Shown here piece by piece: positions 28,220 through 37,236 of a stretch of 64,000 nt of DNA (its first letter is position 1; each line of letters starts with the position of its first letter). The stretch is from Syntrophomonas sp. (GTDB lineage Bacteria; Bacillota; Syntrophomonadia; Syntrophomonadales; Syntrophomonadaceae). The notes below the pieces were generated by a model that saw only the letters and a program-made list of their open reading frames with translations, was not told where the DNA came from and searched no databases. Both the position numbers and the translations under genes were made by a program. Where the stretch lies: contig DAOTHZ010000001.1 in the NCBI GenBank assembly GCA_035447945.1, forward strand, positions 1,362-65,361, written 5' to 3'.

Positions 28220-29125
28220 CTAACCCAAGGGGATGATTTCCCCTTTGAAATGGGTATTTACCAAATCCAGCAGAGCTGTGAGGGCGGGTGACATCCACTT
28301 GTTTTTATGACAGACAATTTGGGTATACATTTCGATTTTTGGCTGGCGTAATCGCAAGTCGACCATGTTGCCGGCAGCCAGTTCTTTTTCTACGGCAGCA
28401 TAGGGCAGCAACGCAATTCCCAGGCCGCTTAGAACAAATTGCTTGATCGCTTCGATGCTGTCAAACTCGTAGGAAGACAGAGGCTGGATTTTAGATTCGG
28501 CCAAATGCTTTTCGATGACCGAACGATAACTGCAATCACGTTCGGTAAAGATGAATGATTCTGTGCCGATATCAGCCAGTGCAAAATCTCCTTGGGCAGC
28601 CCGCGGATGTTCACGATTGGCCACAATGATCATCGGTTCTTCACACAGGATGCGTACCAGCAACGCTTCATCCCGGATAATACTGTCCAGGGAAAAGGCT
28701 ACATCAATGGTGTTGTCACACAGCCAGCGTTGAAAATCCAGCGGGGTTCCCTGACGGATGACCAGTTTGACCTGAGGATAAAGCCGGCTGTATTCCTTGA
28801 GCAAGGCCGGCAGTTTAAAAATGCACAGGGATTCGGCGATGCCGATGTTTAATATGCCGTTGGGCGCAGGGCTTGAGGTTAATGTGTCCTTGATTTCATC
28901 AGCGTATTGTAGCAGTTTTTTAGCGTGCAAAAGCAAAGTCTCGCCATCGGCCGTTAGGGCAATTCGCTTGCCCAGACGTTCAAACAGCTTGGTGTTGAAC
29001 TCCTCTTCCAGCAAACGGACCTGGGTCGTCAGGTTGGACTGGGCATATCCCATCTTTTGTGCGGCGCGGGTAAAACTACCTTCTTCAGCCACCATAACGA
29101 ATATTTTCAACTGGCGTAACTCCAT
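28220..29125 (-). CDS. LysR family transcriptional regulator
   Basis: N-terminal HTH MELRQLKIFVMVAEEGSFTRAAQKMGYAQSNLTTQVRLLE. About 300 aa with a substrate-binding domain. Confidence 0.9.
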   Translation of the reverse strand: MELRQLKIFVMVAEEGSFTRAAQKMGYAQSNLTTQVRLLEEEFNTKLFERLGKRIALTADGETLLLHAKKLLQYADEIKDTLTSSPAPNGILNIGIAESLCIFKLPALLKEYSRLYPQVKLVIRQGTPLDFQRWLCDNTIDVAFSLDSIIRDEALLVRILCEEPMIIVANREHPRAAQGDFALADIGTESFIFTERDCSYRSVIEKHLAESKIQPLSSYEFDSIEAIKQFVLSGLGIALLPYAAVEKELAAGNMVDLRLRQPKIEMYTQIVCHKNKWMSPALTALLDLVNTHFKGEIIPLG

Positions 29126-29173
29126 GCCGCCCCCCTATAGTTATCAATAATAATGATTGATATTATCAAATCA

Positions 29174-29200
29174 ATCTATTTTACTGGATAATAAATAGAT
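29174..29200. promoter_or_regulatory. LysR-type T-N11-A binding box in the LysR/dapA divergent region
   Basis: ATCTATTT-N11-AAATAGAT, a perfect 8-bp dyad with 11-nt spacing. Confidence 0.55.
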
Positions 29201-29289
29201 GATACGGTAAATTTGTTAAAAGGACCAGCACATTTTTATTTGTTTCTTCTTTGAGGATTACTGCTGTTTGCATGAGAGGAAGGGTGTCC

Positions 29290-30174
29290 ATGGGAAAACC
29301 GCTTTTGTTTGCCGGATCTGCTGTAGCCATCATTACCCCTTTTAAAGATGAGCTGATTGATTATGAGAAACTGGCAGAGCTGATTGAGTTTCAAATTGAA
29401 AACAATTCAGATGCCATCGTGATTTGCGGGACAACCGGAGAAGCCAGTACCATCCCTGATCAAGACCACATTGCCGCGATTCAGTTCACGGTCGAGAGGG
29501 TGAAAAAAAGATTGCCGGTTATTGCGGGTACGGGCAGCAACCATACCAGTCACGGCATGGATTTGTCCCGGGCAGCAGAGGCGGCCGGGGCAGATGCCAT
29601 CCTGTCCGTAACCCCTTATTACAACAAGACCACGCAAAACGGTTTGTATGCCCATTTCAAGGCCATTGCCGACAGCATTCGCATTCCCGTTATCCTTTAC
29701 AATGTACCGACCAGGACCAATCTGAATCTGAATCCGGAGACGGTGCGCGAGCTTTCCTTGATCGACAATATTGTTGCCATAAAAGAATGCAATATGGCTC
29801 AGGCCGGCGATGTCATAAACCTGTGCGGGGAAGATTTTACCCTTTATTCCGGCGACGACAACATGGTGGTGCCAATGCTTTCTCTGGGCGGAAAAGGGGT
29901 CATTTCAACAACCGCCAACCTGATTCCGGCCGATTTTCATCAGATGGTGAGTCTGTATCTGCAAGGTGATGTGGAAGGGGCCAGAAAGATCCAACTACAG
30001 ACGTTAAACTTGATCAAGGCTTTGTTTATTGAGGTAAGCCCTATTCCCATTAAAGCAGCTTTAAATATGTTGGGCATGAAAGTAGGCAACTGTCGCATGC
30101 CGCTGGTGGAAATGAGCGAAGCCAATCGGGCGATCCTGGAACAGGAAATGAAAAGTTATGGATTGCTGAAATAA
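29290..30174 (+). CDS. dapA: 4-hydroxy-tetrahydrodipicolinate synthase
   Basis: GTTGE, YNVPTRT and Schiff-base lysine context VAIKEC. The ATG at 29290 is preceded by GAGAGGAAGGG. Confidence 0.85.
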   Translation: MGKPLLFAGSAVAIITPFKDELIDYEKLAELIEFQIENNSDAIVICGTTGEASTIPDQDHIAAIQFTVERVKKRLPVIAGTGSNHTSHGMDLSRAAEAAGADAILSVTPYYNKTTQNGLYAHFKAIADSIRIPVILYNVPTRTNLNLNPETVRELSLIDNIVAIKECNMAQAGDVINLCGEDFTLYSGDDNMVVPMLSLGGKGVISTTANLIPADFHQMVSLYLQGDVEGARKIQLQTLNLIKALFIEVSPIPIKAALNMLGMKVGNCRMPLVEMSEANRAILEQEMKSYGLLK

Positions 30175-30236
30175 CCAATGCTTTGGTAAAAATATTTTGA
30201 CCGGGAATTGGATGATCCCTGTTGCCCCAAAATGTT

Positions 30237-30285
30237 TCGGACTCTTATCAATGCCTAACGCATTGCGGAGTCCGACTGTTTTTCT
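30237..30285 (+). terminator. Rho-independent terminator after dapA
   Basis: Two-tier hairpin (tcggactc/gagtccga plus caatgc/gcattg) followed by ctgttttt. Confidence 0.7.
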
Positions 30286-30392
30286 GGATTCGTCAAAATC
30301 AAGCAAATCATATATAATGTTGATGGATATATCGCGTCTGACGTTCGGTGATGGGGTCAGCACACGATTAAAACAGCAGGAGAGGGGAAAAA

Positions 30393-31082
30393 ATGATGAT
30401 TGAACAGCAAGGACTGTTTGGAGAGGAAGAACCGGCTGAAAAGCAGGCAGGGAACCCTGTTGTCCAAGAATCTCTAGCGGATATTCCCTTCCTGCCGGGG
30501 ATTAAGTTCGAGGAAGCCTATCCGGATGTAAAAGATTTGGACATGCTTGGAAAGAAAGCCTTGGGATGCCGGGGATGCCGCCTGCGGGAGACCTGCCAGC
30601 AAGTAGTCTTCAGCGCCGGCAGTGCCGATGCCAAAATCATCTTTATCGGGGAAGGGCCCGGCAGCGATGAAGATGAGCAGGGTGTACCCTTTGTAGGAAG
30701 GGCCGGTCAGTTGTTAAATCAGATCTTGGCGGCGGCTGAATTGAAAAGAGAAGAAGTTTATATAACCAATGTCGTTAAGTGCAGACCACCCGGCAATCGT
30801 TTGCCAAATCCAGATGAAGTCAAGGTGTGCCGCAGTTATCTTGAGGCTGAGATTAGAATCATCAAGCCGCACATCATTGTCTGCCTGGGAGCGATGGCCA
30901 CCCAGACAGTCGTTGATCCCAAAGCCCGAATCGGTCAGTTGCGGGGAAGATGGCTGCAGAGGAATGGTATCCGGATAATGCCAACGTACCATCCGGCCGC
31001 CTTGCTGAGAAATCCCAGCTACAAACGTCCGGTTTGGGAAGATTTCAAGCTGATTCGGGATGTCTACAAGACGTTAACATAA
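30393..31082 (+). CDS. udg: Family 4 uracil-DNA glycosylase (Fe-S type)
   Basis: CRGCRL...C Fe-S cysteines, GEGPGSDEDEQGVPFVGRAG motif and HPAALLR C-terminal motif. Confidence 0.85.
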   Translation: MMIEQQGLFGEEEPAEKQAGNPVVQESLADIPFLPGIKFEEAYPDVKDLDMLGKKALGCRGCRLRETCQQVVFSAGSADAKIIFIGEGPGSDEDEQGVPFVGRAGQLLNQILAAAELKREEVYITNVVKCRPPGNRLPNPDEVKVCRSYLEAEIRIIKPHIIVCLGAMATQTVVDPKARIGQLRGRWLQRNGIRIMPTYHPAALLRNPSYKRPVWEDFKLIRDVYKTLT

Positions 31083-31107
31083 AGGGAACCATCTTTGAGG
31101 TGAAGAC

Positions 31108-31587
31108 ATGGAACTAATTATCAACAATGAAGAAGAAATGCTGGTGCTGGGCAAGAAGATTGCCGCGCAGCTGGAACCCGATGATGTAATCTACCTCACC
31201 GGCGAACTCGGGGTAGGCAAGACTACCCTGGTGAGAGGCATTGCTCGTGCCCGGGGATATAATGGGCGGGTAACCAGCCCCACCTTTACCCTGATGAATA
31301 TCTATGCAACCGATCCGCCGCTTTACCATTTTGATTTTTATCGTTTGGAATCGGGCGATACTGTCGATCTGGGACTGGAAGATTATCTTGAGAAACAAGG
31401 CATATCGCTGATTGAATGGCCTAATCTGACGGATAGCTCGCTGCCTGATGAAGCGTTGCTAATTACCATAACGCTTTTGTATGATGATTACGAACTGGCT
31501 CGTAAAGTGGAAATCGCAGCCCGGGGGGGCAAATACGAAAAAAAAATAAAAGGATTGATGGCAAGTGTACATCCTGGCCATAGATAG
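31108..31587 (+). CDS. tsaE: tRNA t6A37 biosynthesis ATPase TsaE
   Basis: Walker A GELGVGKTT, SPTFTL and YHFDFYR motifs. The 3' end overlaps tsaB by 23 nt. Confidence 0.9.
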   Translation: MELIINNEEEMLVLGKKIAAQLEPDDVIYLTGELGVGKTTLVRGIARARGYNGRVTSPTFTLMNIYATDPPLYHFDFYRLESGDTVDLGLEDYLEKQGISLIEWPNLTDSSLPDEALLITITLLYDDYELARKVEIAARGGKYEKKIKGLMASVHPGHR

Positions 31588-32281
31588 CGCTACCCCGGTA
31601 GCTGGTCTGGCGCTGCTGAATGATGAAAAGGTTATCCGCGAGGATTTTATTAATTTTAAAAAAACCCACTCCGAGACGTTGATGCCTGGGGTTGATCGAA
31701 TCATGCATGATTGTGAGCTGACGCTGGATCAACTGGGAGCAATTGCAGTGACAATCGGCCCCGGCTCTTTTACCGGCTTGCGGATTGGCCTGGCTGCCGC
31801 CAAGGGATTAAGCATGTCCAGCGGGAAACCTTTAATCGGCATTTCAACTCTGGATGTACTGGCCGGCAATCTTGTTTTCAGTGACAATCTGGTTTGTCCG
31901 TTGCTCAATGCTCGCAAACAAGAAGTGTATACGGCTTTTTATGAAGCCGGTGGCGCATATCCCCGGCGATTAACGCAAGACATGGCCTGTTCCCCGCAGG
32001 AAGCAGCTGCACGGGCAAGGGAACTGGCTCATCGCCTTGGCAAACCAAACATCACCCTGTTGGGGGATGGCTTTTATCCATATGAAGAATACTATCGGGA
32101 ATACTTCAGGGAAGATTTGCAGATCGTTCCCGGACCGCTGATGCTGCCCCGGGCTGCAGTCTTGGGAAGCCTGGCCTGGCAAAGGGCCAGGCAAAATGAT
32201 TTTGATGATACCTTCGCCCTGCGCCCGGTTTATGTAAGATTGTCGGAAGCAGAGTACAGGTTGGGCAAAGGAGCGTTATAG
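31565..32281 (+). CDS. tsaB: tRNA t6A37 biosynthesis protein TsaB
   Basis: ILAIDSATPVAGLAL..., GPGSFTGLRIG. GTG start. Confidence 0.9.
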   Translation: MYILAIDSATPVAGLALLNDEKVIREDFINFKKTHSETLMPGVDRIMHDCELTLDQLGAIAVTIGPGSFTGLRIGLAAAKGLSMSSGKPLIGISTLDVLAGNLVFSDNLVCPLLNARKQEVYTAFYEAGGAYPRRLTQDMACSPQEAAARARELAHRLGKPNITLLGDGFYPYEEYYREYFREDLQIVPGPLMLPRAAVLGSLAWQRARQNDFDDTFALRPVYVRLSEAEYRLGKGAL

Positions 32282-32734
32282 TTGCTGAATACCAGATACA
32301 TGATTCGAAAAATGGCTGAAAACGATCTGGACAAGGTGATGATTATTGAACAGGAATCATTCAGCCTGCCCTGGTCCAGGGAATCCTATCTGGGGGAACT
32401 GAAAAATGATTTTGCCAATTACCTGGTTTGCGATGATGGTGGAGAAATAGCTGCCTACGGAGGTGTCTGGGTGGTTTTTGAGGAAGCCCATATCACCAAT
32501 GTGGCCGTGGCCATTCGGTACCGCGGACAGGGGGTGGGCAGTGATTTAATGAAGGAACTGGAAAAAATCGCCCGCTCCAAACATGCTACTCGCATCCTGC
32601 TGGAAGTCAGGCCCAGCAACCAGGTTGCTCTGGCTATGTATGACAAGCTGGGCTTTATCCAAACCGGGGTAAGAAAAGCATACTATTCGGATAATGGAGA
32701 AGACGCACTGATAATGACCAAGTATTTATTCTAA
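32282..32734 (+). CDS. rimI: Ribosomal-protein-alanine N-acetyltransferase (GNAT)
   Basis: GNAT motif A RYRGQGVGSDLM. Position between tsaB and tsaD. Confidence 0.85.
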   Translation: MLNTRYMIRKMAENDLDKVMIIEQESFSLPWSRESYLGELKNDFANYLVCDDGGEIAAYGGVWVVFEEAHITNVAVAIRYRGQGVGSDLMKELEKIARSKHATRILLEVRPSNQVALAMYDKLGFIQTGVRKAYYSDNGEDALIMTKYLF

Positions 32735-33762
32735 TGAAGTTGGTGGCACACATGAAAGAAACATTGATCCTTGGAATTGAAAGCTCGTGCGATGAAACGG
32801 CTGCAGCCATCGTAAAAAATGGCCGGGAAGTCCTGGCCAGCGTGATCAATTCACAGATCAGTATTCATCAGCAATTTGGCGGTGTGGTTCCCGAGGTGGC
32901 CTCCCGCAAGCACATTGAAAATATCGCTTCCGTGGTGGAAACTGCTTTTCTGGAAGCCGGCCTCAGACATGACGAAATTGACGCAGTGGCCGTAACCAAT
33001 CGGCCTGGCTTGATTGGCGCCTTGCTGGTGGGCTTGTCTTTTGCCAAGGCGTTTGCCTATGGCTTGGGCAAACCTTTGATTGCTGTTGACCATCTGCAGG
33101 GACATATCTGGGCTAATTTTCTCGAACATCCTGATATTAGCTTTCCCGCCATTTGTCTGGTCGTTTCCGGCGGGCACACCAGTCTGCTGCTTATGGAGGG
33201 ACCCGGACAAAGCCGCCTGCTGGGCGAGACCCGTGATGACGCTGCCGGCGAAGCGTTTGACAAAGTGGCACGTTTTCTGGGGCTTGGCTACCCGGGCGGT
33301 CCGGCCATACAAAAAGCGGCGCAGCAGGGAACAGCAGGGATTTATAACCTGCCCAGGGTCTTCCTGGACCGGGAGGATTATGAATTTAGCTTCAGCGGCT
33401 TAAAGACCGCCGCCATGAATCTCTGGATAAAACAATCAAGAAAAGGGGAAGCCCGGGTTGAAGATATGGCCGCGGAGTTTCAGGCGGCGCTTGTCGAAGT
33501 CTTGGTGGAAAAGACGATACGTGCTGCAAAAGAATATAAAGCCCCCTCTATTCTCATGGCGGGAGGGGTTGCAGCCAATCAGTTGCTTCGACAATTAATG
33601 ACAATAAGGGCGCAGCAAGAAGGTCGGCAATTGTTTTATCCATCGCTTGGCTTATGTACTGACAATGCCGCCATGATTGCTGGAAAAGCCTATTTAGACT
33701 ATGTTGCAGATAATTTTGCTCCCCTCCATGTGAATGCACACCCGGGCCAAAATTCCTTGTGA
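32734..33762 (+). CDS. tsaD: tRNA N6-adenosine threonylcarbamoyltransferase TsaD
   Basis: ILGIESSCDETAAAIV, GHTS, DDAAGEAFDKVAR and AGGVAAN motifs. The first ATG at 32734 overlaps the rimI stop (TAATG). The alternative ATG at 32752 gives the family-typical N-terminus. Confidence 0.9.
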   Translation: MKLVAHMKETLILGIESSCDETAAAIVKNGREVLASVINSQISIHQQFGGVVPEVASRKHIENIASVVETAFLEAGLRHDEIDAVAVTNRPGLIGALLVGLSFAKAFAYGLGKPLIAVDHLQGHIWANFLEHPDISFPAICLVVSGGHTSLLLMEGPGQSRLLGETRDDAAGEAFDKVARFLGLGYPGGPAIQKAAQQGTAGIYNLPRVFLDREDYEFSFSGLKTAAMNLWIKQSRKGEARVEDMAAEFQAALVEVLVEKTIRAAKEYKAPSILMAGGVAANQLLRQLMTIRAQQEGRQLFYPSLGLCTDNAAMIAGKAYLDYVADNFAPLHVNAHPGQNSL

Positions 33763-33769
33763 TTTCGCC

Positions 33770-33882
33770 TGTGGATAATGTGCATAAGTCTGTTGATAAC
33801 TGTTATTTCTTGATTTCTAAGCTTTTGCAAAACGGATTGAAAAACCGAGGGGCGATAAATTGGTAAGCAAACTTGTGGATAA
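33770..33882. promoter_or_regulatory. DnaA-box cluster between tsaD and lgt
   Basis: Two perfect DnaA boxes TGTGGATAA (= TTATCCACA) at 33770-33778 and 33874-33882, plus a one-mismatch box TGTTGATAA at 33791-33799. All three share the same orientation. Confidence 0.6.
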
Positions 33883-33897
33883 TTTCCGAAGAGAGGA

Positions 33898-34665
33898 TTG
33901 ATGCGGGTGCATCCGGTGTTACTAGAATTTGGGAGAATAAAGATATATTCCTGGGGATTTATGTTAGCGATAGCAGTAATTGTTTCGATCATTGGCCTGA
34001 CCAAAATGTTCAAACGTGAAGGCTATGATCCGGATTCAGTGATTGATTCGGTTATTATCCTGGTACTGGGGGGGATACTGGGCTCACGTCTATTATATAT
34101 ATTTGCTTATCAATGGCAGGAACTGCTGACCGATCCAGCAGCAGTGCTGTCTTTGAAAGATGGAATCCAAGGTCTGGTATGGTATGGAGCGGTAATATTG
34201 GATGTCCCGTTGTTTATTTGGTATCTGCGTCGTAAAAAATATCCTTTATGGAACATTCTGGACATGTTTGCTCCTTTTGTCGCGTTGGGCTATGCCATCG
34301 TCAGGGTTGGATGTTTCCTGAATGGCTGTTGCTACGGTGAAGTTACCAGCTCGGTTTGTGGGGTGGTCTTTCCTTATGTGGACAGTTTTACCCGGTATCC
34401 GACCCAGTTGTTCAGTACTTTTATGAACTTGCTTTTATTCGGCTTGCTGTTGTGGTATTATCCCCGCCGCAAGTATGATGGAGAAGTCTTTGTATTCTAT
34501 TTTATGGGCTATTCAATCTATCGTTTCCTGATCGAGTTCATGCGCGTAAGTCAAATCAATTTCGGGCCGTTTACCATGAGTCAAATCATTAGTATGGCGA
34601 TTTTCATAATAGCATTGCTGCTCCATATCTATAAGATTAAACAGGTCGCGGCACAAAAAGAATAA
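33898..34665 (+). CDS. lgt: Prolipoprotein diacylglyceryl transferase
   Basis: Polytopic membrane protein with RVGCFLNGCCYG and YPTQL motifs typical of Lgt. Confidence 0.85.
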   Translation: MMRVHPVLLEFGRIKIYSWGFMLAIAVIVSIIGLTKMFKREGYDPDSVIDSVIILVLGGILGSRLLYIFAYQWQELLTDPAAVLSLKDGIQGLVWYGAVILDVPLFIWYLRRKKYPLWNILDMFAPFVALGYAIVRVGCFLNGCCYGEVTSSVCGVVFPYVDSFTRYPTQLFSTFMNLLLFGLLLWYYPRRKYDGEVFVFYFMGYSIYRFLIEFMRVSQINFGPFTMSQIISMAIFIIALLLHIYKIKQVAAQKE

Positions 34666-34684
34666 ATCATGTGAGGATAATCAA

Positions 34685-35269
34685 ATGCATATCAATCTGC
34701 AAGGTTCCAAAGCTGCGTTGCGCAGTGAAATGAAAGCCCAACGCGGCTTGCTCGATATGAAACAAATCGAGCAAGCCAGTCTGGCTATTGCCAGGCGTCT
34801 CAACGACTTGCTGCCGGTGCAAAAAGCCAAAACCATCATGGGATATGCTGCAATGAAAAAGGAAGTCAATCTGGATGCCTTTTATGAACAACAGCTGCAG
34901 TTGGGAAAAACGATCTTTCTGCCGCGGGTAGAGGGAGATCAAATCAAGCCCGTCAAGTGGAACGGGTGGAAGGATATCAAGGTTAGTTCTTTTGGGGTTC
35001 GCGAACCGCTGGGGGAAGAATTTCCAGCAGCCGAGATAGATGTGGTGCTGGTACCGGGGCTGGCTTTTGATCCAGGTGGTTTCCGCGTCGGATACGGGCG
35101 GGGCTATTATGATCGTTTCCTGCCGGGGTTGCGTTCTGATGCATTTAAATGCGGTATCTGTTACGAATTTCAAGTGGTGGATTCAACTTTTCCCCATGAC
35201 CGGGATGTTCCCGTACACTGGATTGTAACTGAAAAGTCGGAACTGGTTGTCAATTGGGATTTTTTCTAA
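34685..35269 (+). CDS. 5-formyltetrahydrofolate cyclo-ligase
   Basis: LVPGLAFDPGGFRVGYGRGYYDRFL is the family signature. Confidence 0.85.
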   Translation: MHINLQGSKAALRSEMKAQRGLLDMKQIEQASLAIARRLNDLLPVQKAKTIMGYAAMKKEVNLDAFYEQQLQLGKTIFLPRVEGDQIKPVKWNGWKDIKVSSFGVREPLGEEFPAAEIDVVLVPGLAFDPGGFRVGYGRGYYDRFLPGLRSDAFKCGICYEFQVVDSTFPHDRDVPVHWIVTEKSELVVNWDFF

Positions 35270-35286
35270 AATCGGCAGACATAAAA

Positions 35287-35321
35287 ATGCCGGGCAGGTT
35301 GATCTTTCGCTTGCCCGGCAT
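35287..35321. terminator. Bidirectional terminator between convergent MTHFS and SPFH genes
   Basis: 10-bp stem atgccgggca/tgcccggcat, with an A-rich left flank and a T-rich right flank. Confidence 0.7.
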
Positions 35322-35340
35322 CATTATTTGTTGGAAATTC

Positions 35341-36279
35341 TTATTGCTGTTCTTCCGGTTTATCGAGCACCACTTCTTTTAAGGCTGCAAATACGCCGCC
35401 CACTCCGGCTAGATCAGCCGGGATAATTAATTTGGTGGCTTGCCCTTCGCCCAATTGTTTGATGGCTTCAAGCGACTTTATAGCCAGTACTTTGTCGTCT
35501 GCACCGGCATCCTTGATCATGGTCAGGCTGTCCGCAAAGGCTCTCTGAACATTTAAAATCGCCTGGGCCTCACCTTCTGCTTCCAGAATTTTCGCCTGAC
35601 GAGATCCTTCGGCGGTACGAACAGCAGCTTCTTTTACTGCTTCCGCTCTCAAAATAGCTGATTGCTTTTCGCCCTCGGCCTCTAAAATGGTGGCTGTTTT
35701 TTGTCCCTCCGCCAGCAAGATGGCTTGGCGTTTCTCTCGTTCAGCCCGCATTTGTTTTTCCATGGCAGTCTGAATGTCTTGAGGAGGCAGGATGTTTTTT
35801 AATTCCACCCGGTTGACTTTGATGCCCCATTTATCTGTAGCCTCGTCTAAAATGGTGCGCAGCTTGGTGTTGACCAGATCTCTTGAGGTCAGAGTTTGAT
35901 CCAGTTCCAGATCACCCACGATGTTACGCAGGGTGGTTGCCGAGAGATTGTCGATGGCCATGATCGGATTGGCGATTTCGTAGGTATAACGGAATGGATC
36001 CGTTACCTGATAATAGACGATCGTATCAATCATCATGGTTACATTATCTTTGGTGATGACCGGTTGGGGGGCAAAACTAACCACCTGTTCACGCATGTCG
36101 ACAATAGCACGGAAACGGTCAATAAAGGGAATGATCACATTAATCCCCTGTTCCGCCGTTTTGTGATATTTCCCCAGCCTTTCAACGATGCCTACGGTAG
36201 CCTGGCGAATGATTTTGATGGCGGAAACAGCGATGATGATCACAAACAAAACCAAAATAAAATTCGTTATATAATCCAT
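35341..36279 (-). CDS. SPFH/Band 7 (stomatin-like) membrane protein
   Basis: N-terminal TM helix, SPFH core (IDTIVYYQVTDP...) and a C-terminal Ala/Glu-rich coiled coil. Confidence 0.85.
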   Translation of the reverse strand: MDYITNFILVLFVIIIAVSAIKIIRQATVGIVERLGKYHKTAEQGINVIIPFIDRFRAIVDMREQVVSFAPQPVITKDNVTMMIDTIVYYQVTDPFRYTYEIANPIMAIDNLSATTLRNIVGDLELDQTLTSRDLVNTKLRTILDEATDKWGIKVNRVELKNILPPQDIQTAMEKQMRAEREKRQAILLAEGQKTATILEAEGEKQSAILRAEAVKEAAVRTAEGSRQAKILEAEGEAQAILNVQRAFADSLTMIKDAGADDKVLAIKSLEAIKQLGEGQATKLIIPADLAGVGGVFAALKEVVLDKPEEQQ

Positions 36280-36323
36280 ATCAATACCCCTTTCTAATGT
36301 TTGCTTCAGATTTCAATAAATTC

Positions 36324-36755
36324 CTACTCTTGCTCGGTCGGCCGGACAATCAATTTGACGCCGTCGATATCGGTCACTTCAATTCTGCGGTCGGCTTCGA
36401 TCTCACTGTCCGAGATGGCCGTCCAGATTTCCCCGTTTACTTTTACCTGTCCGTACTGCAGCGGCCTCAGCGCAGTAGTGCTGATGCCGTGTTGTCCGAC
36501 CAAAGCCTTGACATTACTGACGGTATCTTTGGTTTTAAAGAGTTTTACCGCCAGGGGGCGAGTAAAAATGATAAAAACCAAGGTAAAGAATGCAAACAAC
36601 AGCAATTGCCATTGTAATGTTGTCAGCCATTCCAAACGAACGCCAATGGCCACCAGCAAAGCTGCTAAAGCCAGCCAGAGGAACCACAAACCCATGGTGA
36701 AAATTTCAATGGATCCGCATACCACAGCAACAATAACCCATTGAGCAGTTGTCAT
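36324..36755 (-). CDS. NfeD family membrane protein (partner of the SPFH protein)
   Basis: Three TM helices plus a C-terminal OB-fold-like segment (GQVKVNGEIWTAISD). The ATG at 36755 lies 8 nt after GGAGG. Confidence 0.8.
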   Translation of the reverse strand: MTTAQWVIVAVVCGSIEIFTMGLWFLWLALAALLVAIGVRLEWLTTLQWQLLLFAFFTLVFIIFTRPLAVKLFKTKDTVSNVKALVGQHGISTTALRPLQYGQVKVNGEIWTAISDSEIEADRRIEVTDIDGVKLIVRPTEQE

Positions 36756-37006
36756 GATTTTCACCTCCTCAGTAGACTATAATGTAGTACGAATAAAAGA
36801 TTTCGCAGCTATCATAACCATCTTACCATAATCTATACCATTAATCGCATCTTGCTTATAGATTCCAATATTATATGCATTGTTGCGCCAGTCTAAATTG
36901 GTATATAATGAGGCATGAAACAATTGGAGCCTCCCTTTGGTTGATGGGCGGTTCGAATGTGTTCAAAGCTTATGGCGGACTACTGTTTAGTTTGGAGGAA
37001 TGAATA

Positions 37007-37180
37007 ATGGAAACCAAAGAAATCATTGAAAAAATCAAAGAACTGGCTCCTCAGGGAAAAATCAGCTGTGCTGATGCACGACAGCTGGCAGAGAAAACAA
37101 ATATTGAATACGGGCAGATCGGGAAACTCTGTGATGAGGCTGGGGTTAAGATTTACGGATGCGCTTTGGGCTGTTTTTAA
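37007..37180 (+). CDS. Small Cys-containing protein (57 aa) at the head of the Moco operon, not in the supplied ORF track
   Basis: ATG at 37007, 7 nt after GGAGGA. Translation: METKEIIEKIKELAPQGKISCADARQLAEKTNIEYGQIGKLCDEAGVKIYGCALGCF-stop. Five Cys in total (C21, C42, C52, C56 placed), with a C-terminal GCxLGCF motif. Confidence 0.55.
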   Translation: METKEIIEKIKELAPQGKISCADARQLAEKTNIEYGQIGKLCDEAGVKIYGCALGCF

Positions 37181-37236
37181 TTTTTATCATAAAATGAACG
37201 TGCCCAACACTTATTTATGGTGGGGGGAGGAATAAT

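Noticed and set aside
36910-37006. Possible Moco riboswitch in the leader of the molybdenum cofactor operon
   Set aside because: The context is right, and a CCUCC at 36930-36934 could pair with the SD GGAGG at 36994-36998. However, the leader is only about 95 nt and the pairing is only 5 bp. I also cannot find the conserved Moco-motif blocks I remember (CUCCGAG, GGAAAGGAG). An Infernal scan with the Moco model would settle it.
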